A DNA stretch of 64,000 bases, from positions 1 to 64,000 of the forward strand of contig JAUCBJ010008575.1 of the NCBI GenBank assembly GCA_032718475.1, given 5' to 3'. The stretch is from Nemertoderma westbladi (Eukaryota; Animalia; Xenacoelomorpha). Each line of letters starts with the position of its first letter. The first letter of the stretch is position 1. The notes under the pieces are model-generated. The model did not search any database and was not told where the DNA came from. It worked only from the letters and a program-made list of their open reading frames with translations. A program made the position numbers and the translations under genes. Shown one piece after another: positions 43,801-57,800 of the stretch.

Positions 43801-46499
43801 AAATGCTTTGTATAACAAAACCTACTGACACATGGTTTAGAGAGTGACACAAATGCTTTGTATAACAAAACCTACTGACACATGGTTTAGAGAGTGACAC
43901 AAATGCGTTGTATAACAAAACCTACTGACACATGGTTTAGAGAGTGACACAAATGCTTTGTATAACAAAACCTACTGACACATGGTTTAGAGAGTGATGA
44001 CACCAATGCTTTGTATAACAAAACCTACTGACACATGGTTTAGAGAGTGATGACACCAATGCTTTGTATAACAAAACCTACTGACACATGGTTTAGAGAG
44101 TGGTGACACCAATGCTTTGTATAACAAAACCTACTGACACATGGTTTAGAGAGTGACACCAATGCTTTGTATAACAAAACCTACTGACACATGGTTTAGA
44201 GAGTGACACAAATGCTTTGTATAACAAAACCTACTGACACATGGTTTAGAGAGTGGTGACACCAATGCTTTGTATAACAAAACCTACTGACACATGGTTT
44301 AGAGAGTGACACCAATGCTTTGTATAACAAAACCTACTGACACATGGTTTAGAGAGTGATGACACCAATGCTTTGTATAACAAAACCTACTGACACATGG
44401 TTTAGAGAGTGATGACACCAATGCTTTGTATAACAAAACCTACTGACACATGGTTTAGAGAGTGACACAAATGCTTTGTATAACAAAACCTACTGACACA
44501 TGGTTTAGAGAGTGATGACACCAATGCTTTGTATAACAAAACCTACTGACACATGGTTTAGAGAGTGACACAAATGCTTTGTATAACAAAACCTACTGAC
44601 ACATGGTTTAGAGAGTGACACAAATGCTTTGTATAACAAAACCTACTGACACATGGTTTAGAGAGTGATGACACCAATGCTTTGTATAACAAAACCTACT
44701 GACACATGGTTTAGAGAGTGACACAAATGCTTTGTATAACAAAACCTACTGACACATGGTTTAGAGAGTGTGACACCAATGCTTTGTATAACAAAACCTA
44801 CTGACACATGGTTTAGAGAGTGATGACACCAATGCTTTGTATAACAAAACCTACTGACACATGGTTTAGAGAGTGATGACACCAATGCTTTGTATAACAA
44901 AACCTACTGACACATGGTTTAGAGAGTGACACCAATGCTTTGTATAACAAAACCTACTGACACATGGTTTAGAGAGTGATGACACCAATGCTTTGTATAA
45001 CAAAACCTACTGACACATGGTTTAGAGAGTGATGACACCAATGCTTTGTATAACAAAACCTACTGACACATGGTTTAGAGAGTGACACAAATGCTTTGTA
45101 TAACAAAACCTACTGACACATGGTTTAGAGAGTGGTGACACCAATGCTTTGTATAACAAAACCTACTGACACATGGTTTAGAGAGTGACACAAATGCTTT
45201 GTATAACAAAACCTACTGACACATGGTTTAGAGAGTGACACAAATGCTTTGTATAACAAAACCTACTGACACATGGTTTAGAGAGTGACACCAATGCTTT
45301 GTATAACAAAACCTACTGACACATGGTTTAGAGAGTGATGACACCAATGCTTTGTATAACAAAACCTACTGACACATGGTTTAGAGAGTGATGACACCAA
45401 TGCTTTGTATAACAAAACCTACTGACACATGGTTTAGAGAGTGATGACACCAATGCTTTGTATAACAAAACCTACTGACACATGGTTTAGAGAGTGATGA
45501 CACCAATGCTTTGTATAACAAAACCTACTGACACATGGTTTAGAGAGTGATGACACCAATGCTTTGTATAACAAAACCTACTGACACATGGTTTAGAGAG
45601 TGATGACACCAATGCTTTGTATAACAAAACCTACTGACACATGGTTTAGAGAGTGATGACACCAATGCTTTGTATAACAAAACCTACTGACACATGGTTT
45701 AGAGAGTGATGACACCAATGCTTTGTATAACAAAACCTACTGACACATGGTTTAGAGAGTGGTGACACCAATGCTTTGTATAACAAAACCTACTGACACA
45801 TGGTTTAGAGAGTGTGACACCAATGCTTTGTATAACAAAACCTACTGACACATGGTTTAGAGAGTGACACCAATGCTTTGTATAACAAAACCTACTGACA
45901 CATGGTTTAGAGAGTGATGACACCAATGCTTTGTATAACAAAACCTACTGACACATGGTTTAGAGAGTGACACAAATGCTTTGTATAACAAAACCTACTG
46001 ACACATGGTTTAGAGAGTGACACAAATGCTTTGTATAACAAAACCTACTGACACATGGTTTAGAGAGTGATGACACCAATGCTTTGTATAACAAAACCTA
46101 CTGACACATGGTTTAGAGAGTGATGACACCAATGCTTTGTATAACAAAACCTACTGACACATGGTTTAGAGAGTGATGACACCAATGCTTTGTATAACAA
46201 AACCTACTGACACATGGTTTAGAGAGTGATGACACCAATGCTTTGTATAACAAAACCTACTGACACATGGTTTAGAGAGTGACACAAATGCTTTGTATAA
46301 CAAAACCTACTGACACATGGTTTAGAGAGTGACACCAATGCTTTGTATAACAAAACCTACTGACACATGGTTTAGAGAGTGATGACACCAATGCTTTGTA
46401 TAACAAAACCTACTGACACATGGTTTAGAGAGTGATGACACCAATGCTTTGTATAACAAAACCTACTGACACATGGTTTAGAGAGTGATGACACCAATG

Positions 46500-49400
46500 C
46501 TTTGTATAACAAAACCTACTGACACATGGTTTAGAGAGTGATGACACCAATGCTTTGTATAACAAAACCTACAGACACATGGTTTAGAGAGTGACACAAA
46601 TGCTTTGTATAACAAACCCTACTGACACATGGTTTAGAGAGTGACACCAATGCTTTGTATAACAAAACCTACTGACACATGGTTTAGAGAGTGATGACAC
46701 CAATGCTTTGTATAACAAAACCTACTGACACATGGTTTAGAGAGTGATGACACCAATGCTTTGTATAACAAAACCTACTGACACATGGTTTAGAGAGTGG
46801 TGACACCAATGCTTTGTATAACAAAACCTACTGACACATGGTTTAGAGAGTGGTGACACCAATGCTTTGTATAACAAAACCTACTGACACATGGTTTAGA
46901 GAGTGACACCAATGCTTTGTATAACAAAACCTACTGACACATGGTTTAGAGAGTGGTGACACAAATGCTTTGTATAACAAAACCTACTCACACATGGTTT
47001 AGAGAGTGATGACACCAATGCTTTGTATAACAAAACCTACTGACACATGGTTTAGAGAGTGATGACACCAATGCTTTGTATAACAAAACCTACTGACACA
47101 TGGTTTAGAGAGTGATGACACCAATGCTTTGTATAACAAAACCTACTGACACATGGTTTAGAGAGTGATGACACCAATGCTTTGTATAACAAAATCTACT
47201 GACACATGGTTTAGAGAGTGACACCAATGCTTTGTATAACAAAATCTACTGACACATGGTTTAGAGAGTGACACCAATGCTTTGTATAACAAAACCTACT
47301 GACACATGGTTTAGAGAGTGACACCAATGCTTTGTATAACAAAACCTACTGACACATGGTTTAGAGAGTGACACAAATGCGTTGTATAACAAAACCTACT
47401 GACACATGGTTTAGAGAGTGACACAAATGCTTTGTATAACAAAACCTACTGACACATGGTTTAGAGAGTGACACCAATGCTTTGTATAACAAAACCTACT
47501 GACACATGGTTTAGAGAGTGACACCAATGCTTTGTATAACAAAACCTACTGACACATGGTTTAGAGAGTGACACAAATGCGTTGTATAACAAAACCTACT
47601 GACACATGGTTTAGAGAGTGACACAAATGCTTTGTATAACAAAACCTACTGACACATGGTTTAGAGAGTGACACAAATGCTTTGTATAACAAAGCCTACT
47701 GACACATGGTTTAGAGAGTGATGACACCAATGCTTTGTATAACAAAACCTACTGACACATGGTTTAGAGAGTGACACAAATGCTTTGTATAACAAAACCT
47801 ACTGACACATGGTTTAGAGAGTGACACCAATGCTTTGTATAACAAAACCTACCGACACATGGTTTAGAGAGTGACACCAATGCTTTGTATAACAAAACCT
47901 ACTGACACATGGTTTAGAGAGTGACACAAATGCTTTGTATAACAAAACCTACTGACACATGGTTTAGAGAGTGACACCAATGCTTTGTATAACAAAACCT
48001 ACAGACACATGGTTTAGAGAGTGACACCAATGCTTTGTATAACAAAACCTACTGACACATGGTTTAGAGAGTGACACCAATGCTTTGTATAACAAAACCT
48101 ACAGACACATGGTTTAGAGAGTGACACCAATGCTTTGTATAACAGAACCTACTGACACATGGTTTAGAGAGTGACACAAATGCTTTGTATAACAAAACCT
48201 ACTGACACATGGTTTAGAGAGTGACACAAATGCTTTGTATAACAAAACCTACTGACACATGGTTTAGAGAGTGGTGACACCAATGCTTTGTATAACAAAA
48301 CCTACTGACACATGGTTTAGAGAGTGACACAAATGCTTTGTATAACAAAACCTACTGACACATGGTTTAGAGAGTGACACAAATGCTTTGTATAACAAAA
48401 CCTACTGACACATGGTTTAGAGAGTGACACAAATGCTTTGTATAACAAACCCTACTGACACATGGTTTAGAGAGTGACACAAATGCTTTGTATAACAAAA
48501 CCTACTGACACATGGTTTAGAGAGTGACACAAATGCTTTGTATAACAAAACCTACTGACACATGGTTTAGAGAGTGGTGACACCAATGCTTTGTATAACA
48601 AAACCTACTGACACATGGTTTAGAGAGTGACACAAATGCTTTGTATAACAAAACCTACTGACACATGGTTTAGAGAGTGATGACACCAATGCTTTGTATA
48701 ACAAAACCTACTGACACATGGTTTAGAGAGTGACACAAATGCTTTGTATAACAAAACCTACTCACACATGGTTTAGAGAGTGACACCAATGCTTTGTATA
48801 ACAAAACCTACTGACACATGGTTTAGAGAGTGACACAAATGCGTTGTATAACAAAACCTACTGACACATGGTTTAGAGAGTGACACAAATGCTTTGTATA
48901 ACAAAACCTACTGACACATGGTTTAGAGAGTGATGACACCAATGCTTTGTATAACAAAACCTACTGACACATGGTTTAGAGAGTGACACCAATGCTTTGT
49001 ATAACAAAACCTACTGACACATGGTTTAGAGAGTGATGACACAAATGCTTTGTATAACAAAACCTACTGACACATGGTTTAGAGAGTGATGACACCAATG
49101 CTTTGTATAACAAAACCTACTGACACATGGTTTAGAGAGTGACACCAATGCTTTGTATAACAAAACCTACTGACACATGGTTTAGAGAGTGATGACACCA
49201 ATGCTTTGTATAACAAAACCTACAGACACATGGTTTAGAGAGTGACACAAATGCTTTGTATAACAAACCCTACTGACACATGGTTTAGAGAGTGACACCA
49301 ATGCTTTGTATAACAAAACCTACTGACACATGGTTTAGAGAGTGATGACACCAATGCTTTGTATAACAAAACCTACTGACACATGGTTTAGAGAGTGATG

Positions 49401-51870
49401 ACACCAATGCTTTGTATAACAAAACCTACTGACACATGGTTTAGAGAGTGGTGACACCAATGCTTTGTATAACAAAACCTACTGACACATGGTTTAGAGA
49501 GTGGTGACACCAATGCTTTGTATAACAAAACCTACTGACACATGGTTTAGAGAGTGACACCAATGCTTTGTATAACAAAACCTACTGACACATGGTTTAG
49601 AGAGTGGTGACACAAATGCTTTGTATAACAAAACCTACTCACACATGGTTTAGAGAGTGATGACACCAATGCTTTGTATAACAAAACCTACTGACACATG
49701 GTTTAGAGAGTGATGACACCAATGCTTTGTATAACAAAACCTACTGACACATGGTTTAGAGAGTGATGACACCAATGCTTTGTATAACAAAACCTACTGA
49801 CACATGGTTTAGAGAGTGATGACACCAATGCTTTGTATAACAAAATCTACTGACACATGGTTTAGAGAGTGACACCAATGCTTTGTATAACAAAATCTAC
49901 TGACACATGGTTTAGAGAGTGACACCAATGCTTTGTATAACAAAACCTACTGACACATGGTTTAGAGAGTGACACCAATGCTTTGTATAACAAAACCTAC
50001 TGACACATGGTTTAGAGAGTGACACAAATGCGTTGTATAACAAAACCTACTGACACATGGTTTAGAGAGTGACACAAATGCTTTGTATAACAAAACCTAC
50101 TGACACATGGTTTAGAGAGTGACACCAATGCTTTGTATAACAAAACCTACTGACACATGGTTTAGAGAGTGACACCAATGCTTTGTATAACAAAACCTAC
50201 TGACACATGGTTTAGAGAGTGACACAAATGCGTTGTATAACAAAACCTACTGACACATGGTTTAGAGAGTGACACAAATGCTTTGTATAACAAAACCTAC
50301 TGACACATGGTTTAGAGAGTGACACAAATGCTTTGTATAACAAAGCCTACTGACACATGGTTTAGAGAGTGATGACACCAATGCTTTGTATAACAAAACC
50401 TACTGACACATGGTTTAGAGAGTGACACAAATGCTTTGTATAACAAAACCTACTGACACATGGTTTAGAGAGTGACACCAATGCTTTGTATAACAAAACC
50501 TACCGACACATGGTTTAGAGAGTGACACCAATGCTTTGTATAACAAAACCTACTGACACATGGTTTAGAGAGTGACACAAATGCTTTGTATAACAAAACC
50601 TACTGACACATGGTTTAGAGAGTGACACCAATGCTTTGTATAACAAAACCTACAGACACATGGTTTAGAGAGTGACACCAATGCTTTGTATAACAAAACC
50701 TACTGACACATGGTTTAGAGAGTGACACCAATGCTTTGTATAACAAAACCTACAGACACATGGTTTAGAGAGTGACACCAATGCTTTGTATAACAGAACC
50801 TACTGACACATGGTTTAGAGAGTGACACAAATGCTTTGTATAACAAAACCTACTGACACATGGTTTAGAGAGTGACACAAATGCTTTGTATAACAAAACC
50901 TACTGACACATGGTTTAGAGAGTGGTGACACCAATGCTTTGTATAACAAAACCTACTGACACATGGTTTAGAGAGTGACACAAATGCTTTGTATAACAAA
51001 ACCTACTGACACATGGTTTAGAGAGTGACACAAATGCTTTGTATAACAAAACCTACTGACACATGGTTTAGAGAGTGACACAAATGCTTTGTATAACAAA
51101 CCCTACTGACACATGGTTTAGAGAGTGACACAAATGCTTTGTATAACAAAACCTACTGACACATGGTTTAGAGAGTGACACAAATGCTTTGTATAACAAA
51201 ACCTACTGACACATGGTTTAGAGAGTGGTGACACCAATGCTTTGTATAACAAAACCTACTGACACATGGTTTAGAGAGTGACACAAATGCTTTGTATAAC
51301 AAAACCTACTGACACATGGTTTAGAGAGTGATGACACCAATGCTTTGTATAACAAAACCTACTGACACATGGTTTAGAGAGTGACACAAATGCTTTGTAT
51401 AACAAAACCTACTCACACATGGTTTAGAGAGTGACACCAATGCTTTGTATAACAAAACCTACTGACACATGGTTTAGAGAGTGACACAAATGCGTTGTAT
51501 AACAAAACCTACTGACACATGGTTTAGAGAGTGACACAAATGCTTTGTATAACAAAACCTACTGACACATGGTTTAGAGAGTGATGACACCAATGCTTTG
51601 TATAACAAAACCTACTGACACATGGTTTAGAGAGTGACACCAATGCTTTGTATAACAAAACCTACTGACACATGGTTTAGAGAGTGATGACACAAATGCT
51701 TTGTATAACAAAACCTACTGACACATGGTTTAGAGAGTGATGACACCAATGCTTTGTATAACAAAACCTACTGACACATGGTTTAGAGAGTGACACCAAT
51801 GCTTTGTATAACAAAACCTACTGACACATGGTTTAGAGAGTGATGACACCAATGCTTTGTATAACAAAAC
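46500..51870. repeat. Near-perfect tandem duplication, period 2651 bp
   Basis: AAAGCCTAC 47694/50345 and AACAGAACC 48145/50796, plus the same order of other variants. Confidence 0.92.
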
Positions 51871-54800
51871 CTACTGACACATGGTTTAGAGAGTGACACC
51901 AATGCTTTGTATAACAAAACCTACTGACACATGGTTTAGAGAGTGACACAAATGCGTTGTATAACAAAACCTACTGACACATGGTTTAGAGAGTGACACA
52001 AATGCTTTGTATAACAAAACCTACTGACACATGGTTTAGAGAGTGACACCAATGCTTTGTATAACAAAACCTACTGACACATGGTTTAGAGAGTGATGAC
52101 ACCAATGCTTTGTATAACAAAACCTACTGACACATGGTTTAGAGAGTGATGACACCAATGCTTTGTATAACAAAACCTACTGACACATGGTTTAGAGAGT
52201 GATGACAACAATGCTTTGTATAACAAAACCTACTGACACATGGTTTAGAGAGTGATGACAACAATGCTTTGTATAACAAAACCTACTGACACATGGTTTA
52301 GAGAGTGACACAAATGCTTTGTATAACAAAACCTACTGACACATGGTTTAGAGAGTGATGACACCAATGCGTTGTATAACAAAACCTACTGACACATGGT
52401 TTAGAGAGTGACACCAATGCTTTGTATAACAAAACCTACTGACACATGGTTTAGAGAGTGACACAAATGCGTTGTATAACAAAACCTACAGACACATGGT
52501 TTAGAGAGTGACACAAATGCGTTGTATAACAAAACCTACAGACACATGGTTTAGAGAGTGACACAAATGCTTTGTATAACAAAACCTACTGACACATGGT
52601 TTAGAGAGTGATGACACCAATGCGTTGTATAACAAAACCTACTGACACATGGTTTAGAGAGTGACACCAATGCTTTGTATAACAAAACCTACTGACACAT
52701 GGTTTAGAGAGTGACACAAATGCGTTGTATAACAAAACCTACAGACACATGGTTTAGAGAGTGACACAAATGCTTTGTATAACAAAACCTACTGACACAT
52801 GGTTTAGAGAGTGATGACACCAATGCGTTGTATAACAAAACCTACTGACACATGGTTTAGAGAGTGACACCAATGCTTTGTATAACAAAACCTACAGACA
52901 CATGGTTTAGAGAGTGATGACACCAATGCTTTGTATAACAAAACCTACTGACACATGGTTTAGAGAGTGACACAAATGCGTTGTATAACAAAACCTACAG
53001 ACACATGGTTTAGAGAGTGACACAAATGCTTTGTATAACAAAACCTACTGACACATGGTTTAGAGAGTGATGACACCAATGCGTTGTATAACAAAACCTA
53101 CAGACACATGGTTTAGAGAGTGATGACACCAATGCTTTGTATAACAAAACCTACTGACACATGGTTTAGAGAGTGACACAAATGCTTTGTATAACAAAAC
53201 CTACTGACACATGGTTTAGAGAGTGATGACACCAATGCTTTGTATAACAAAACCTACTGACACATGGTTTAGAGAGTGATGACACCAATGCTTTGTATAA
53301 CAAAACCTACTGACACATGGTTTAGAGAGTGATGACACCAATGCTTTGTATAACAAAACCTACTGACACATGGTTTAGAGAGTGATGACACCAATGCTTT
53401 GTATAACAAAACCTACTGACACATGGTTTAGAGAGTGATGACACCAATGCTTTGTATAACAAAACCTACTGACACATGGTTTAGAGAGTGATGACACCAA
53501 TGCTTTGTATAACAAAACCTACTGACACATGGTTTAGAGAGTGATGACACCAATGCTTTGTATAACAAAACCTACTGACACATGGTTTAGAGAGTGATGA
53601 CACCAATGCTTTGTATAACAAAACCTACTGACACATGGTTTAGAGAGTGATGACACCAATGCTTTGTATAACAAAACCTACTGACACATGGTTTAGAGAG
53701 TGATGACACCAATGCTTTGTATAACAAAACCTACTGACACATGGTTTAGAGAGTGATGACACCAATGCTTTGTATAACAAAACCTACTGACACATGGTTT
53801 AGAGAGTGATGACACCAATGCTTTGTATAACAAAACCTACTGACACATGGTTTAGAGAGTGATGACACCAATGCTTTGTATAACAAAACCTACTGACACA
53901 TGGTTTAGAGAGTGGTGACACCAATGCTTTGTATAACAAAACCTACTGACACATGGTTTAGAGAGTGATGACACCAATGCTTTGTATAACAAAACCTACT
54001 GACACATGGTTTAGAGAGTGATGACACCAATGCTTTGTATAACAAAACCTACTGACACATGGTTTAGAGAGTGATGACACCAATGCTTTGTATAACAAAA
54101 CCTACTGACACATGGTTTAGAGAGTGATGACACCAATGCTTTGTATAACAAAACCTACTGACACATGGTTTAGAGAGTGGTGACACCAATGCGTTGTATA
54201 ACAAAACCTACTGACACATGGTTTAGAGAGTGATGACACCAATGCTTTGTATAACAAAACCTACTGACACATGGTTTAGAGAGTGACACAAATGCTTTGT
54301 ATAACAAAACCTACTGACACATGGTTTAGAGAGTGACACAAATGCTTTGTATAACAAAACCTACTGACACATGGTTTAGAGAGTGACACAAATGCTTTGT
54401 ATAACAAAACCTACTGACACATGGTTTAGAGAGTGGTGACACCAATGCGTTGTATAACAAAACCTACTGACACATGGTTTAGAGAGTGATGACACCAATG
54501 CTTTGTATAACAAAACCTACTGACGCATGGTTTAGAGAGTGACACAAATGCGTTGTATAACAAAACCTACAGACACATGGTTTAGATAGTGACACCAATT
54601 CTTTGTATAACAAAACCTACTGACACATGGTTTAGAGAGTGATGACACCAATGCTTTGTATAACAAAACCTACTGACACATGGTTTAGAGAGTGATGACA
54701 CCAATGCTTTGTATAACAAAACCTACTGACACATGGTTTAGAGAGTGACACAAATGCTTTGTATAACAAAACCTACTGACACATGGTTTAGAGAGTGGTG

Positions 54801-57800
54801 ACACCAATGCGTTGTATAACAAAACCTACTGACACATGGTTTAGAGAGTGACACAAATGCTTTGTATAACAAAACCTACTGACACATAAATTAGGGAAAG
54901 GTCACACAAATGCGTTGTATAACAAAACAAAATGACACATGGTTTAGAGAGTGACACAAATGCGTTGTATAACAAAACCTACTGACACATGGTTTAGAGA
55001 GTGACACAAATGCTTTGTATAACAAAACCTACTGACACATGGTTTAGAGAGTGACACAAATGCTTTGTATAACAAAACCTACTGACACATGGTTTAGAGA
55101 GTGATGACACCAATGCTTTGTATAACAAAACCTACTGACACATGGTTTAGAGAGTGACACAAATGCTTTGTATAACAAAACCTACTGACACATGGTTTAG
55201 AGAGTGACACAAATGCTTTGTTTAACAAAACCTACTGACACATGGTTTAGAGAGTGATGACACCAATGCTTTGTATAACAAAACCTACTGACACATGGTT
55301 TAGAGAGTGACACAAATGCTTTGTATAACAAAACCTACTGACACATGGTTTAGAGAGTGACACAAATGCTTTGTATAACAAAACCTACTGACACATGGTT
55401 TAGAGAGTGACACAAATGCTTTGTATAACAAAACCTACTGACACATGGTTTAGAGAGTGGTGACACCAATGCGTTGTATAACAAAACCTACTGACACATG
55501 GTTTAGAGAGTGACACAAATGCTTTGTATAACAAAACCTACTGACACATAAATTAGGGAAAGGTCACACAAATGCGTTGTATAACAAAACAAAATGACAC
55601 ATGGTTTAGAGAGTGACACAAATGCGTTGTATAACAAAACCTACTGACACATGGTTTAGAGAGTGACACAAATGCTTTGTATAACAAAACCTACTGACAC
55701 ATGGTTTAGAGAGTGACACAAATGCTTTGTATAACAAAACCTACTGACACATGGTTTAGAGAGTGATGACACCAATGCTTTGTATAACAAAACCTACTGA
55801 CACATGGTTTAGAGAGTGACACAAATGCTTTGTATAACAAAACCTACTGACACATGGTTTAGAGAGTGACACAAATGCTTTGTATAACAAAACCTACTGA
55901 CACATGGTTTAGAGAGTGATGACACCAATGCTTTGTATAACAAAACCTACTGACACATGGTTTAGAGAGTGATGACACCAATGCTTTGTATAACAAAACC
56001 TACTGACACATGGTTTAGAGAGTGACACCAATGCTTTGTATAACAAAACCTACTGACACATGGTTTAGAGAGTGGTGACACCAATGCTTTGTATAACAAA
56101 ACCTACTGACACATGGTTTAGAGAGTGACACAAATGCTTTGTATAACAAAACCTACTGACACATGGTTTAGAGAGTGATGACACCAATGCTTTGTATAAC
56201 AAAACCTACTGACACATGGTTTAGAGAGTGACACAAATGCTTTGTATAACAAAACCTACTGACACATGGTTTAGAGAGTGACACAAATGCTTTGTATAAC
56301 AAAACCTACTGACACATGGTTTAGAGAGTGGTGACACCAATGCTTTGTATAACAAAACCTACTGACACATGGTTTAGAGAGTGATGACACCAATGCTTTG
56401 TATAACAAAACCTACTGACACATGGTTTAGAGAGTGACACCAATGCTTTGTATAACAAAACCTACTGACACATGGTTTAGAGAGTGACACCAATGCTTTG
56501 TATAACAAAACCTACTGACACATGGTTTAGAGAGTGGTGACACCAATGCTTTGTATAACAAAACCTACTGACACATGGTTTAGAGAGTGACACCAATGCT
56601 TTGTATAACAAAACCTACTGACACATGGTTTAGAGAGTGGTGACACCAATGCTTTGTATAACAAAACCTACTGACACATGGTTTAGAGAGTGACACAAAT
56701 GCTTTGTATAACAAAACCTACTGACACATGGTTTAGAGAGTGATGACACCAATGCTTTGTATAACAAAACCTACTGACACATGGTTTAGAGAGTGACACC
56801 AATGCTTTGTATAACAAAACCTACTGACACATGGTTTAGAGAGTGGTGACACCAATGCTTTGTATAACAAAACCTACTGACACATGGTTTAGAGAGTGAC
56901 ACAAATGCTTTGTATAACAAAACCTACTGACACATGGTTTAGAGAGTGATGACACCAATGCTTTGTATAACAAAACCTACTGACACATGGTTTAGAGAGT
57001 GACACCAATGCTTTGTATAACAAAACCTACTGACACATGGTTTAGAGAGTGACACAAATGCTTTGTATAACAAAACCTACTGACACATGGTTTAGAGAGT
57101 GATGACACCAATGCTTTGTATAACAAAACCTACTGACACATGGTTTAGAGAGTGACACAAATGCTTTTTATAACAAAACCTACTGACACATGGTTTAGAG
57201 AGTGACACAAATGCTTTGTATAACAAAACCTACTGACACATGGTTTAGAGAGTGGTGACACCAATGCTTTGTATAACAAAACCTACTGACACATGGTTTA
57301 GAGAGTGGTGACACCAATGCGTTGTATAACAAAACCTACTGACACATGGTTTAGAGAGTGACACAAATGCTTTGTATAACAAAACCTACTGACACATGGT
57401 TTAGAAAGTGATGACATGGTTTAGAGAGTGGTGACACCAATGCTTTGTATAACAAAACCTACTGACACATGGTTTAGATAGTGACACAAATGCTTTGTAT
57501 AACAAAACCTACTGACACATGGTTTAGAGAGTGGTGACACCAATGCTTTGTATAACAAAACCTACTGACACATGGTTTAGAGAGTGACACAAATGCTTTG
57601 TATAACAAAACCTACTGACACATGGTTTAGAGAGTGATGACACCAATGCTTTGTATAACAAAACCTACTGACACATGGTTTAGATAGTGACACCAATTCT
57701 TTGTATAACAAAACCTACTGACACATGGTTTAGAGAGTGATGACACCAATGCTTTGTATAACAAAACCTACTGACACATGGTTTAGAGAGTGATGACACC

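Noticed and set aside
1709-45941. Minus-strand ORFs of type MLYKAFVSLSKPCVSRFCY...
   Set aside because: These are translations of the satellite cycling through three frames. They exceed the length cutoff only where an odd-length monomer, a point variant or the array edge skips the recurring stop.
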